In this document: positions 37,145 to 47,379 of the stretch, piece by piece
How positions within the stretch are numbered: position 1 is the stretch's first letter
How the letters are laid out: every line of letters starts with the position of its first letter
The notes under the pieces: generated by a model
The model's input: the letters and a program-made list of their open reading frames with translations, nothing else
What the model was told of the DNA's origin: nothing
Databases searched by the model: none
Assembly (NCBI GenBank): GCA_016290095.1
Contig: JAEESU010000025.1
Coordinates: 8,161 to 72,160, forward strand
Reading direction: 5' to 3'
Source of the DNA: Clostridia bacterium
Lineage (GTDB): Bacteria; Bacillota; Clostridia; TANB77; CAG-508
DNA: 64,000 nucleotides
Position numbers and translations under genes: made by a program

Positions 37145-37161
37145 TTTGTAGGAGATTTTTT

Positions 37162-37548
37162 ATGAAGAATTATTCAAGGCAAAGGGAAGAAATTTTAAGA
37201 GAAATTGAGAAATTGTATAATCACCCTACAGCAGAAGATATTTACATGATAGTTAAGGGAAAAGATCCTGCTATTAGCAGAAGCACTGTTTATAGAAATT
37301 TAAATGTTTTAGTAGAAGACGGAAAAATTAACAAAATTTCTATGCAAGCAGGACCAGATAGGTATGATTTAAAAAGGCAGCCACATAATCACATTATATG
37401 TACAAAATGTGGAAAGATACTTGATTTTGATTATAATTTTGAACTAGATAATTTGAAGAAAATATTAAAAGAACAAACAGGAATTGAAATCTCTGGAGAA
37501 GGTATTGCATTAGAAGGAATATGCAGTGACTGTAAAAATTTATTATAG
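37162..37548 (+). CDS. perR: Fur-family transcriptional regulator (PerR-like)
   Basis: Winged-helix N-terminus, HNHIICTKCGK and CSDCK metal sites. Lies upstream of rubrerythrin. Confidence 0.8.
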   Translation: MKNYSRQREEILREIEKLYNHPTAEDIYMIVKGKDPAISRSTVYRNLNVLVEDGKINKISMQAGPDRYDLKRQPHNHIICTKCGKILDFDYNFELDNLKKILKEQTGIEISGEGIALEGICSDCKNLL

Positions 37549-37560
37549 GAGGGTTTTGAT

Positions 37561-38103
37561 ATGCCAGAATTAAAAGGTTCAAAAACAGAAAAAAATTTAA
37601 TGGAGGCTTTTGCTGGAGAATCACAAGCAAGAAATAAATACACATATTTTGCAAGCAAAGCAAAAAAAGAAGGGTATGAACAAATAGCTGATTTATTTTT
37701 AGAGACAGCAGAAAATGAAAAAGAACATGCTAAAATTTGGTTTAAATTATTAAATGGTGGAGATGTTCCTACAACTACAGAAAACTTAAAAGCAGCTGCA
37801 GATGGCGAAAACTTTGAATGGACAGACATGTATGATAGAATGGCTAGAGAGGCTAAAGAAGAAGGATTTGATAGAATAGCATATCTTTTTGAAGCTGTTG
37901 GAAAAATTGAGAAAGAACATGAAGCAAGATATAGAAAATTATTAGAGAATATAGAAGGAGAATTAGTATTTTCTAGAGATGGAGATAGAATTTGGCAATG
38001 TAGAAATTGTGGGCACATCGTAATAGGACCAAAAGCTCCTGAAGTTTGCCCAGTTTGCAATCATCCAAAAGCATTTTTTGAAATAAAAGCAGAAAATTAT
38101 TAA
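37561..38103 (+). CDS. rbr: rubrerythrin
   Basis: Ferritin-like di-iron motifs (E..EKEH twice) plus a C-terminal rubredoxin CRNCG..CPVC. Confidence 0.92.
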   Translation: MPELKGSKTEKNLMEAFAGESQARNKYTYFASKAKKEGYEQIADLFLETAENEKEHAKIWFKLLNGGDVPTTTENLKAAADGENFEWTDMYDRMAREAKEEGFDRIAYLFEAVGKIEKEHEARYRKLLENIEGELVFSRDGDRIWQCRNCGHIVIGPKAPEVCPVCNHPKAFFEIKAENY

Positions 38104-38115
38104 TATAAAATAAAG

Positions 38116-38152
38116 AAAAAGAATTTTGTATCTTGCAAAATTCTTTTTTTAT
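38116..38152 (+). terminator. intrinsic terminator of perR-rbr
   Basis: AGAATTTTG...CAAAATTCT stem followed by a T-run. Confidence 0.8.
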
Positions 38153-38201
38153 TTTTATAATATTATTGATAGAAACTACAATATATTTTTTAGGAGAGAA
38201 A

Positions 38202-38720
38202 ATGGAAGGAATAAATAGGGTTGCCATAGTAGGTGCTCCTGGCTCAGGTAAGACTACTGCGTCATTTAAATTAGAAAAAATATATAACCTACCTGTTTTC
38301 AATATAGATACAATTTATCAGCTTCCAAATTGGGTAATGAGAGATCCAGTGGAAAGAGATGCGATGATTATTGAAGAGGCTGATAAAGAGAAGTGGATTA
38401 TAGATGGTACATTTATAGATACACTTGAATATAGAGTAAATAGGGCAGATATAATTTTCTTTTTAGATTATAATACATTTACTTTCATAAAAGGAATTAT
38501 ATTAAGATATCTAAAAAACAGAGGAAAAGAGAAGCCAGATATGCCTGGCTGTATTGAAAGATTTGATTTAAGTTTCTTTTTGTATGTTTTAACATACAAT
38601 TTAAGAAGAAGAAAATATGTTGTAGAAGTATTAAATAAGTTTCCCAATAAGGACATTAGAATTTTTAAAAAGCAAAAAGATTTTAATAAATGGATGGAAA
38701 GTGAACTTTCAAAAATCTAA
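38202..38720 (+). CDS. P-loop kinase-like protein (adenylate kinase / topology-modulation family)
   Basis: VAIVGAPGSGKTT. Start moved to ATG 38202 behind an AGGAGAG SD. Confidence 0.65.
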   Translation: MEGINRVAIVGAPGSGKTTASFKLEKIYNLPVFNIDTIYQLPNWVMRDPVERDAMIIEEADKEKWIIDGTFIDTLEYRVNRADIIFFLDYNTFTFIKGIILRYLKNRGKEKPDMPGCIERFDLSFFLYVLTYNLRRRKYVVEVLNKFPNKDIRIFKKQKDFNKWMESELSKI

Positions 38721-38945
38721 ACAATTTTCAAAAACAACCCCACACATATATGAAAAAACACCTATTAGTAATCCAGTTCTGTAAATAATAATTCCAATAT
38801 CAAATAGATCAAAAGAAATAATATAAATATTGTAAATCCAAATTACAATAATACCAATAATACAAGTTAAAAAAGAGATTAGTAAATTAATATCTACTAA
38901 TCTTTTTATTTTTTTGTTTTTAATAACTAATAAACTAAAATCCAT
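38709..38945 (-). CDS. hypothetical small membrane protein (78 aa)
   Basis: GAGGTG SD. Two or three hydrophobic segments. Confidence 0.45.
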   Translation of the reverse strand: MDFSLLVIKNKKIKRLVDINLLISFLTCIIGIIVIWIYNIYIISFDLFDIGIIIYRTGLLIGVFSYMCGVVFENCLDF

Positions 38946-39012
38946 ATGTACACCTCACTATTATACTAATAATAGCATGAAAGATTTGTAGTAGCAATGG
39001 AAAAAAGTGACA

Positions 39013-39038
39013 ATAAAAAAAGACGTTTAACCGTCTTC
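39013..39038 (-). terminator. intrinsic terminator of rpsT
   Basis: On the minus strand: AAGACG-gttaaa-CGTCTT followed by T7. Confidence 0.7.
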
Positions 39039-39045
39039 TTTCATT

Positions 39046-39309
39046 TTATTTTAATGTGTTTAATTTTTTTGATAATGCTGATTTTTTTCTAGAAGCTGTG
39101 TTAGCTTTTATAACACCTTTTGTACAAGCTTGATCAACTTTTTTGATTGCTTCTTTGTAGCTAGCTTCTGCTTTTGATTTATTTCCTTCTGCAACATCAG
39201 TTTCGAATGCTTTAACAGCTGTTTTGTATGCAGATTTTACCATATTATTTTGTAATGTTTTCTTTTCAATAACGCTTACTCTTTTAATAGCTGATTTAAT
39301 ATTTGGCAT
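39046..39309 (-). CDS. rpsT: 30S ribosomal protein S20
   Basis: MPNIKSAIKRVSVIEKKTLQNN.. Start at 39309 behind a GGAGGTG SD. Confidence 0.92.
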   Translation of the reverse strand: MPNIKSAIKRVSVIEKKTLQNNMVKSAYKTAVKAFETDVAEGNKSKAEASYKEAIKKVDQACTKGVIKANTASRKKSALSKKLNTLK

Positions 39310-39506
39310 TTGTTTTGCACCTCCTCTTAGTTCATAAAGTAAATTATACTTCAAATATTCTAACATGATTGTATTTAAAAATCAAGTGTTTTATTAAAAA
39401 AAGTAAGTTTAAAAATTCACACAAAATTCACAATTTTTATATACAATACTTGTATAAATAATAAAACTATGATATAAAGAAGGAAATTTAACTAAGGAGG
39501 AATTTT

Positions 39507-39953
39507 ATGATAGCTTTAGGTTCAGACCATGGCGGTTATAAACTAAAACAAGAGGTAAAAAGGTACTTAGATGAATTAGGACTAGAATATAAAGATTTTG
39601 GATCTTATGATGAAGAAAGAACAGATTATCCAATATATGCAGAAAAGGTTGCAAAATCAATTCAATCTGGAGAATGTGATAGAGGAATTTTACTTTGCAG
39701 ATCTGGATATGGTATGACAGTTGCTGCTAATAAATTTAAAGGAATAAGAGCGGCAGCAATAATGAATGCTGAATCTGCAAAATTTGCAAAAGCTGATGAT
39801 GATATTAATTGTGTTGCTTTAGGTGGAGATTATTTATCAACAAATGAGGCTATAAATATCATAAGAAATTGGCTTGGATCAGAATTCAAAGGTGGAAGAT
39901 ATTTGGATAGAATACACATGCTTGAAAAAATAGAAAATGAAAATATGAAATAG
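39507..39953 (+). CDS. rpiB: ribose-5-phosphate isomerase B
   Basis: MIALGSDHGGYKLKQ.. and CRSGYGMTVAANK. Confidence 0.9.
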   Translation: MIALGSDHGGYKLKQEVKRYLDELGLEYKDFGSYDEERTDYPIYAEKVAKSIQSGECDRGILLCRSGYGMTVAANKFKGIRAAAIMNAESAKFAKADDDINCVALGGDYLSTNEAINIIRNWLGSEFKGGRYLDRIHMLEKIENENMK

Positions 39954-39967
39954 AAAGGAATTATACT

Positions 39968-41146
39968 ATGTGGGGAGATATTGCTATAGCATTCATGATA
40001 GCGTTTGTTACAGCTTTCATGGCAACGCCACATACAATAAATCTAGCTAGAAAAGTAGGAGCAGTAGACACACCGGAAGATGAAAGAAGAATTAATAAAA
40101 TAGAGATGCCACGTTTAGGTGGACTAGCAGTAATCGCAGGATTTTTCGTTTCAATTATCTATTTATTAGTTGTAATGACAGTGGAAAACAAAATTGATTT
40201 ATTGCAAGAAAATTATGTTATAAAATTGATTGGTTTTGGAATAGGTGCTCTTATCATTGGAATAACTTGTTTTATTGATGACGTAAAAGGAGTACCAGCA
40301 ATAGCTAAACTAATTGCTCAAATTGTTGCAGCAATTGTTGTTGTGCGTTTTGGAATAAGAATTGATAACTTAGATATTCCATTAATTAATTTTGAAAATG
40401 CTGGTAATGTATTTTATATAGTATTAACAATAGGTTGGATAGTAGGAATAACAAATGCAATTAATTTAATTGATGGTTTGGATGGATTATCTACAGGAAT
40501 ATCATTAATTTCTTGTTTATCGTTATTAATAATATTCTCACTAAATAATTCACCTGTAATATCAGTTGTTTTAATAACAGCTTTAGCTGGAGCATTATGT
40601 GGATTTTTACCATATAATTTTAATCCTGCAAAAACATTTATTGGAGATACAGGTTCAAACTTTTTGGGATATTGTCTATCAATTATTTCAATTATAGGAA
40701 TTGCAAAAACATATACAGCAATAGTAATTGTTGCACCATTAATGGTACTTGCTCTTCCAATATTTGATACTTTATTTGCAATAGTTAGAAGAGTAATTCA
40801 TGGAAAATCTTTAAAAGCAATTATTACTCCAGATGCAGAACATTTACATCATAAAATGCTTAAATTAGGATTTACACAAAAACAAGCAGTTTTAATAATG
40901 TATGGAATTACAGCGACATTTGGAATGTTTGCGGTTATTCTTATGGATAGTGGAATATGGAAGGCATTGTCATTTGCATTAATTATTATTTTAGCTGTTG
41001 CAATGGGATATAAAGAGTTCTTTAAACAGCGTTTGTTAGAAAACAGTGCAGAAGAAACAAGTACAGAAAAAATAAATGGCCAAATGGAGATAGAAGAACA
41101 AGAAAACAAAGTAATAGATTTTGAAGAAAAAAAGAAAAAAGCATAA
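39968..41146 (+). CDS. glycosyltransferase family 4, undecaprenyl-phosphate HexNAc-1-P transferase (WecA/TagO-like)
   Basis: NAINLIDGLDGLSTG. Polytopic membrane protein. Confidence 0.85.
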   Translation: MWGDIAIAFMIAFVTAFMATPHTINLARKVGAVDTPEDERRINKIEMPRLGGLAVIAGFFVSIIYLLVVMTVENKIDLLQENYVIKLIGFGIGALIIGITCFIDDVKGVPAIAKLIAQIVAAIVVVRFGIRIDNLDIPLINFENAGNVFYIVLTIGWIVGITNAINLIDGLDGLSTGISLISCLSLLIIFSLNNSPVISVVLITALAGALCGFLPYNFNPAKTFIGDTGSNFLGYCLSIISIIGIAKTYTAIVIVAPLMVLALPIFDTLFAIVRRVIHGKSLKAIITPDAEHLHHKMLKLGFTQKQAVLIMYGITATFGMFAVILMDSGIWKALSFALIIILAVAMGYKEFFKQRLLENSAEETSTEKINGQMEIEEQENKVIDFEEKKKKA

Positions 41147-41149
41147 ATA

Positions 41150-41180
41150 AAAACACCTTAAAATAAAAGGTGTTTTTTTA
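41150..41180 (+). terminator. intrinsic terminator
   Basis: AAAACACCTT-aaaataa-AAGGTGTTTT followed by a T-run. Confidence 0.85.
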
Positions 41181-41189
41181 TTTTCCTGT

Positions 41190-41218
41190 TTGACATGAGC
41201 CAAAAAAACGAGTATAAT
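41190..41218 (+). promoter_or_regulatory. sigma-A promoter of the Sua5/TsaC gene
   Basis: Perfect TTGACA, 17 nt spacer, TATAAT. This places the TSS after the track's GTG 41220 and supports ATG 41241. Confidence 0.65.
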
Positions 41219-41240
41219 AGTGCCTGAGGTTGATTTTATT

Positions 41241-42278
41241 ATGTATTATAATTGGAAAGAGCAAACTGATACAGAGGAGCTAAAAATAGTATGTAATTTA
41301 ATAAGAAATGGTGAGTTAGTGATTTTCCCAACAGAAACAGTTTATGGAATAGGAGCAAATGCACTAGATCCAGTAGCAGTAGGGAAAATTTTTATAGCTA
41401 AAGGCAGGCCTTCAGATAATCCATTAATAGTACATTTAGCTGATAGAAGAAAAATATCAGAAGTTGCTGATGAAATTACTGAAATGGAGCAGATCTTGAT
41501 AGATAACTTTATGCCAGGACCTTTTACTATAATATTAAAAAGAAAGCCAATTATACCAGATATTGTTACTGCAGGTCTAGATACAGTTGCCGTTAGAATA
41601 CCACAAAATATTATTGCAAAAGGAATTATTACATATGCAGGTGTTCCAGTAGCTGCTCCTAGTGCAAACATTTCAGGAAAACCTAGCGGAACTAATATAG
41701 ATGATATTAGGAAAGAATTAGAAGGCAAAGTTTCTGCTATAGTAGATGGTGGAGAAACTGATATAGGAATAGAATCAACAGTTGTAAAAGTAGTAAACGA
41801 AGTTCCAATAATATTAAGGCCCGGAAAAATTACGGCAGAGCAAATTAAAGAAGTTGCAGGAGATGTTAAAATAGACAGTAAAGTATTTGCTAAAATTAGT
41901 TCTGATGAAGCAGTTCAAAGTCCAGGAATGAAATATAAACATTATGCACCAGAAACAAAATGTCAATTAGTTTCATATCTCAATGAATTAGATCAAATCT
42001 TTTATTTAAAAAAACTAGTAAAAGAATATGCAGATAATGTAGTAATAATAGGCTTTGAAGAACATGAGGAAAAAATAAATTTACCATATGGAAAATTCTT
42101 AGCAATATCTAAGAAAGATGATTTAGAAGAATATGGAAAAAGAATTTTTTCTGCTATAAGATATGCAGATTCTCTAAAACCGAATATTATTTTAATAGAA
42201 GGAGTTAAGAGACAAGGATTTGGAATGGCAATTATGAATCGATTGCTTAGAACTTGTGAATTTAATATATTAGAATAA
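41241..42278 (+). CDS. tsaC: L-threonylcarbamoyladenylate synthase (Sua5/YwlC type, with C-terminal Sua5 domain)
   Basis: FPTETVYGIGANALD, KGRPSDNPLIVH and SANISGKPS. Confidence 0.9.
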   Translation: MYYNWKEQTDTEELKIVCNLIRNGELVIFPTETVYGIGANALDPVAVGKIFIAKGRPSDNPLIVHLADRRKISEVADEITEMEQILIDNFMPGPFTIILKRKPIIPDIVTAGLDTVAVRIPQNIIAKGIITYAGVPVAAPSANISGKPSGTNIDDIRKELEGKVSAIVDGGETDIGIESTVVKVVNEVPIILRPGKITAEQIKEVAGDVKIDSKVFAKISSDEAVQSPGMKYKHYAPETKCQLVSYLNELDQIFYLKKLVKEYADNVVIIGFEEHEEKINLPYGKFLAISKKDDLEEYGKRIFSAIRYADSLKPNIILIEGVKRQGFGMAIMNRLLRTCEFNILE

Positions 42279-42284
42279 AAGGGA

Positions 42285-42317
42285 AAGGCACCTGTCCGAA
42301 ACGGATAGGTGCCTTTG
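42285..42317. terminator. GC-rich bidirectional hairpin between tsaC and cassette 6
   Basis: AAAGGCACCT...AGGTGCCTTT stem. The T-rich run is on the minus-strand side. Confidence 0.75.
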
Positions 42318-42320
42318 TGG

Positions 42321-42476
42321 TCAAGAGAGGCAGAGGATTCCGTAGAACCCCAAGGCCAGAACAACCAACAGAATGATGAGGAAGAGAAAGGCATTCATAG
42401 ATCCGCGCCTTCCCATAATCTCCCAACTCACCCGCTTGTTGAATGGACTTTTTGTACCGCTTCTAAACTTCCACAT
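42321..42476 (-). CDS. GC-rich cassette 6: 51-aa peptide with basic N-terminus and one C-terminal TM helix
   Basis: GAAGGAGGG SD before ATG 42476. Sequence is MWKFRSGTKSPFNKRVSWEIMGRRGSMNAFLFLIILLVVLALGFYGILCLS. Internal starts are also possible. Confidence 0.5.
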   Translation of the reverse strand: MWKFRSGTKSPFNKRVSWEIMGRRGSMNAFLFLIILLVVLALGFYGILCLS

Positions 42477-42540
42477 GTTTTTCCCTCCTTCGTCTAGTCT
42501 AATTTGACATTTGACAACAGACACAAAATGTCTAAATAAT

Positions 42541-42569
42541 ATTATATTACAAAATCCTCGAAAAATCAA
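42541..42569 (-). promoter_or_regulatory. promoter of cassette 6
   Basis: On the minus strand: TTGATT, 17 nt spacer, TATAAT. Confidence 0.6.
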
Positions 42570-42658
42570 CTCTGCCTAAGTTAAAATTAAAAAATACATT
42601 GCAATTATTATGATTTTAGCTTATAATATTAGTGCTATAAAAAATAGTAGGAGGAACC

Positions 42659-43231
42659 ATGTATTTAATTGTCGGATTAGGAAATCCTGAATCAGATTAC
42701 TCAAAAACAAGACATAATATGGGTTTTAATGTAATTAATAAATTATCTGATGAATGGAATATAGAAGTTAATAAAACAAAATTCAAAGCACTTTTTGGTC
42801 AAGGTAATGTAGATGGAGAAAAAGTAATTTTACTAAAACCACAAACATATATGAATTTAAGTGGTGAATCAGTAATAGAAGCAATGAACTTTTATAAGAT
42901 TCCAGAAGATAAATTAATAATTATATATGATGATATTGATATAGAACCTGGAAATATTCGAATTAGAAAAAATGGTTCAGCAGGAACACACAAAGGAATG
43001 AAATCTGTTATTGAAAACATAGGGACAGAAGACTTTTGCAGGGTGAGAGTAGGAATTGGAAAGCCTAAAGAAAATATAGATATGATCTCATATGTAATAG
43101 GATATATTTCAGAAAATGAGTTAAAAGAATTAGATAGTGGAGTTGAAATAGCAAAAGAAGCAGTAATGGAAATATTAAAAAATGGTGCTGATTTTGCAAT
43201 GAATAAATATAATAAAAAGAAAGATGTTTAA
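42659..43231 (+). CDS. pth: peptidyl-tRNA hydrolase
   Basis: MYLIVGLGNPESDYSKTRHNMGF. Confidence 0.93.
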   Translation: MYLIVGLGNPESDYSKTRHNMGFNVINKLSDEWNIEVNKTKFKALFGQGNVDGEKVILLKPQTYMNLSGESVIEAMNFYKIPEDKLIIIYDDIDIEPGNIRIRKNGSAGTHKGMKSVIENIGTEDFCRVRVGIGKPKENIDMISYVIGYISENELKELDSGVEIAKEAVMEILKNGADFAMNKYNKKKDV

Positions 43232-44404
43232 ATGAAAGAATTAATTATTTATAAGCAAGATGAAATCAGAAGACTAGCTTTAGTGGAAGATGGGGAACTT
43301 GTTGAAATATATGCAGAAGATGAAAAAAATAAATCAATAGAGGGAAATATTTATATAGGAAAAGTTCAAAATGTTTTAAATGGTTTGCAATCTGCGTTTG
43401 TTGATATTGGAGAAAAAAAAGCAGCATTTATACATGTGAAAGATATTTTGCCTAAAATTGATGTTTCAAAAAATGTAAAGCAAGAAGAAGTTCCAATTAG
43501 TAAATTAATTAAATCAGGAGATCCAATTATAGTTGAAGTTAAAAGAGAAGCAATAGATAAAAAGGGGCCAAGGCTTTCTACACATTTGAGTTTAAGTAGT
43601 CGTTTTGTTGTATTTATGCCAAATGCTCCATTTATTACAGTATCTCAAAAAATAGAAGATGAAAATGAAAAAGAAAGACTAAAAAATATTGTAAAAAAAT
43701 ATCTTCCAGAAAAAACAGGAGCAATTGTAAGAACAGTTGCTGAAAATCAAACAGAAGAAGTTTTAAAAAATGATGTATTAAAAACAGTTAAAAGATGGAA
43801 TGATATAAAATCAAAAGCAGTAGAAAAATATCCACAAATTATTTATGATAAAGGCGGAGTATTAAAAAAGACAATAGTGGATTTAGCTGACAATCATCTG
43901 GATAGAATTGTTTTGGAAAATGATGAAGATATTGATTCAATACAAGAAATTTTAAATCAAATAGGTGTAAATACCAAAATTGAAATTGAACCAGATATTA
44001 GAGAAAAGTATTCATTAGAAAAACAAATTAGTGCAACACATAATAACAAAATATGGCTTAAGAGTGGCGCTTTTATAACAATAGATAAAACAGAAGCATT
44101 AGTTGCAATTGATGTAAACACAGGAAAATTCACTGGAAAAGACAATGTTGAAGAGACTGTAACAGATGTTAATCTTGAAGCTGCGGAAGAAATAGCAAAA
44201 CAAATAAGATTAAGAGATATTAGTGGAATAATTATCATAGATTTTATTGATATGCAAAAAGATGAAAATAAACAAAAAGTAATTGATGCAATAAAAAAAT
44301 TCAGCAAAAAAGATAGATCAAAAGTTCAAGTAGAAGATTATACAAAGCTAAATTTAATGCATATTACAAGAAAACATATTAATAGTAAAAAAGAAACTAT
44401 TTAA
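43232..44404 (+). CDS. rng: ribonuclease G/E family protein
   Basis: S1 domain GNIYIGKVQNVLNGLQSAFVDIG and catalytic AIDVNTGKF. Confidence 0.85.
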   Translation: MKELIIYKQDEIRRLALVEDGELVEIYAEDEKNKSIEGNIYIGKVQNVLNGLQSAFVDIGEKKAAFIHVKDILPKIDVSKNVKQEEVPISKLIKSGDPIIVEVKREAIDKKGPRLSTHLSLSSRFVVFMPNAPFITVSQKIEDENEKERLKNIVKKYLPEKTGAIVRTVAENQTEEVLKNDVLKTVKRWNDIKSKAVEKYPQIIYDKGGVLKKTIVDLADNHLDRIVLENDEDIDSIQEILNQIGVNTKIEIEPDIREKYSLEKQISATHNNKIWLKSGAFITIDKTEALVAIDVNTGKFTGKDNVEETVTDVNLEAAEEIAKQIRLRDISGIIIIDFIDMQKDENKQKVIDAIKKFSKKDRSKVQVEDYTKLNLMHITRKHINSKKETI

Positions 44405-44476
44405 AAATGATTATATTATATATATAATAAATAAAAAAAGAAGGAGAGTATTGATTTAGTCAATACAAAAAAGATT

Positions 44477-44716
44477 ATGGGTATTTTATATTATGTTTTA
44501 CCAGTATTAGTTTTGATTGTCGTTTTAAAGATTTTAGCATTGCCACTAAAACTTATCAAAGCAATAATAATTAACTCTATATTAGGAGGAATAGTTTTAT
44601 TCTTATTAACACTTATAGGAGTTACTATTGCACTATCTTGGTGGGGATATGTGTTAATTGGTTTATTTGGAGTACCAGGAGTAATAGTATTACTAATTCT
44701 AAATGTAATTTTATAA
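44477..44716 (+). CDS. bofA: pro-sigma-K processing inhibitor BofA-like membrane protein
   Basis: 79 aa with two or three TM segments. The pattern LPLKLIK..GG..L....G(V)PG(V) resembles BofA. Confidence 0.55.
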   Translation: MGILYYVLPVLVLIVVLKILALPLKLIKAIIINSILGGIVLFLLTLIGVTIALSWWGYVLIGLFGVPGVIVLLILNVIL

Positions 44717-44728
44717 GGATAACAGAAA

Positions 44729-46036
44729 ATGAAAGTAGGATTTGTCTCATTAGGATGCAGTAAAAATTTAGTCGATACAGAGATGTGTATTGGACTATTT
44801 CAAAAAGAGAATTTCGAAGTAATTAATAATGCGAAAGAAGCCGAGATTATTGTAATAAATACTTGCGGCTTTATTCAGTCTGCAAAAGAAGAAGCAATTA
44901 ATTGTATTTTAGAAATGGCTGAGCAGAAAAAAACAGGGAAATGCAAGTATTTAATCGTAATGGGATGCCTAGTTCAAAGATATAAAGAAGAGTTAAAAAA
45001 ATCTATTCCAGAAGTAGATTTATTTTTAAGTATAGACGAATATAATGATATTTGGAACAAAATAGCTAATTTAATTAATGCAAAAAAATCTAAAAATACA
45101 TTAGATTATTTAGATAGAGTTGTTTCTACCGGAAAGACTACAGCATATTTGAAAATTGCAGAAGGTTGTAGTAATAATTGTACATATTGTGCAATTCCAT
45201 ATATAAGAGGGCCATATGTAAGTAGAAAATTTGAAAACATTATTAAAGAAGCTAAATTGCTATCTAAAAATGGAGTAAAAGAATTAATAGTAATTGCACA
45301 AGATACAACAAAATACGGAATTGATTTATATGGAAAACCAAGGCTGCCAGAACTGTTACAAGAATTATCAAAAATACAAGGATTAAAATGGATAAGATTT
45401 TTGTATTCTTATCCAGAAAGTATTACAGATGAACTAATCCAAGTTGTAAAGAATAATGATAAAATATGTAATTATTTTGATATTCCTATTCAACACTATT
45501 CTGATAAAGTATTGAAAATGATGAACAGGAAAAGTGATGGAAAGTCTATTGAAAAAGTAATAAATAAAATTAGAAAAGAGATACCTGATGTAATATTAAG
45601 GACTACAATGATTGTTGGATTTCCTGGAGAAACAGAAGATGATTTTATACAATTGTCCAACTTTGTTAAAAGAGCAAAATTTGAGAAACTAGGAGTTTTT
45701 AAATATTCGAAAGAGGATGGAACACCAGCAAGTAGAATAAAAGCTACTGTACACTATAAAACAAAACAAAGAAGATTTGATGAAATAATGAGTATTGAAC
45801 AAGGTATATCAAGAGGTAAATTAGAAGAAAAAATAGGAAAAGTTTATGAAGCAGTTGTAGATGGTTTTTCTGATAATAATAAATTTATATGTGCAAGAAG
45901 TTATATGGATATTCCAAATGAAGATGGAACAATATTTATAAAAAATAATAGGAAAATTAAATCTGGCGATTTTATAAAGTGTAAAATAACTGCAGTAAGA
46001 AATTACGATTTAATAGGTGAAATAATAGATGATTAA
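44729..46036 (+). CDS. rimO: ribosomal protein S12 methylthiotransferase (MiaB/RimO family radical SAM)
   Basis: VSLGCSKNLVDTE and CSNNCTYCAIP, plus a C-terminal TRAM domain. Confidence 0.85.
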   Translation: MKVGFVSLGCSKNLVDTEMCIGLFQKENFEVINNAKEAEIIVINTCGFIQSAKEEAINCILEMAEQKKTGKCKYLIVMGCLVQRYKEELKKSIPEVDLFLSIDEYNDIWNKIANLINAKKSKNTLDYLDRVVSTGKTTAYLKIAEGCSNNCTYCAIPYIRGPYVSRKFENIIKEAKLLSKNGVKELIVIAQDTTKYGIDLYGKPRLPELLQELSKIQGLKWIRFLYSYPESITDELIQVVKNNDKICNYFDIPIQHYSDKVLKMMNRKSDGKSIEKVINKIRKEIPDVILRTTMIVGFPGETEDDFIQLSNFVKRAKFEKLGVFKYSKEDGTPASRIKATVHYKTKQRRFDEIMSIEQGISRGKLEEKIGKVYEAVVDGFSDNNKFICARSYMDIPNEDGTIFIKNNRKIKSGDFIKCKITAVRNYDLIGEIIDD

Positions 46037-47351
46037 GAAATTGTTCAAAATAGTAATTATTGTTTTGATGCTATTTGGAATAGTAGAAGGCACAATAATT
46101 ACTGTGAAAAAATTGTTTCCAAATATTAATTTAAAAAGAGCAGAAGAAAATGTTGCAAACATGATGCAGAATAATAAAGCAGAACTATTAGAATTTTATA
46201 CATATGGAAGATCTTTTAATATAAAAGGACAAATTCCAAGAGTAAGTAAAGATAACATAGAAAGTGTAAAACTTTATTTAACAAATGGTTTAGATTACGA
46301 AAGAGTTTATAACATAGAATATTCAATTAATGAAAATAATTTAGTATTTGAAACAAGTGAAGAAATTAATAATGGAATTGTATTAGACAAGTTAGAAGTA
46401 GGAAAAGAATACTATTTGTTACTAAGATTAAAACTAAATAATAGTATGAATGCAAGATATTTTTCTTTTAAGAATTTAAGTGAAAATAAAGATATCACTT
46501 ATTATTCTATGACAAAAGAAAATAGTAATAAAATAGCAAAAATAGAATTTGTTGAAAAGAATGTTAATAAAACAAATTACACATTTTTTACTATATCAGT
46601 AGAAAATGGTGAATTACCAGAAGAAGTATATGATATTGTAATTGATGCTGGTCATGGTGGAAAAGATGTAGGCGAAAATAAAGATGGACACACAGAAGCT
46701 GATATTACATTAGATTATGCATATGAGTTAAAAAACAAACTTGAAAACGAAGGATATAAAGTAAAACTTACAAGAGATAATGACAATACAAATTCTTATA
46801 CATCAACTAATATGTATGATGAAAATGGAAGAATTAGCATTGCTTGTAAAACAAGAGCAAAGCTTATGATTTCATTACATGTAAATAATGGAACAAACAC
46901 ATTAAGTGGTTTTGAAATATATTGTCCGCCAAAATCAAGTTTTGCTTTAGCTAAGAACATGGCAAGCAAAATAAAAGAGAAATCAAATATTAATTATTCT
47001 AATGGAAATAGTTATAAAAAATCAGATGGAGTTTATTTAAGAAATTTTAATAAAAAAGAAATTTCTGAGATGTCAAAAACTGCAGAAAAAAGTGGATATG
47101 CTCCATACACAATTACTGAAAATACAGCATATTTTTATACAATAAGAGAAGTAGGTGGAATTGCTACAGGTGCTTATGTTGATGGCCGAAACAAAAATTA
47201 TAATAAAAATGAATATTATAAATCTTGTCAAGGTATTGAGTGTTATCAAGTAGAACTCGGATATATTAAAACAGATTTAAATATATTACTTACTGAAAAA
47301 GAACAAATAACACAGGGAATTGCAGATGCAATTATAGAATATTATAAATGA
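46029..47351 (+). CDS. N-acetylmuramoyl-L-alanine amidase (Amidase_3) with N-terminal anchor
   Basis: VIDAGHGGKDVG and ISLHVN motifs. Overlaps the rimO stop. Confidence 0.8.
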   Translation: MIKKLFKIVIIVLMLFGIVEGTIITVKKLFPNINLKRAEENVANMMQNNKAELLEFYTYGRSFNIKGQIPRVSKDNIESVKLYLTNGLDYERVYNIEYSINENNLVFETSEEINNGIVLDKLEVGKEYYLLLRLKLNNSMNARYFSFKNLSENKDITYYSMTKENSNKIAKIEFVEKNVNKTNYTFFTISVENGELPEEVYDIVIDAGHGGKDVGENKDGHTEADITLDYAYELKNKLENEGYKVKLTRDNDNTNSYTSTNMYDENGRISIACKTRAKLMISLHVNNGTNTLSGFEIYCPPKSSFALAKNMASKIKEKSNINYSNGNSYKKSDGVYLRNFNKKEISEMSKTAEKSGYAPYTITENTAYFYTIREVGGIATGAYVDGRNKNYNKNEYYKSCQGIECYQVELGYIKTDLNILLTEKEQITQGIADAIIEYYK

Positions 47352-47379
47352 TTCAAAAGATAGAGAAGAAGAGGTAAAA

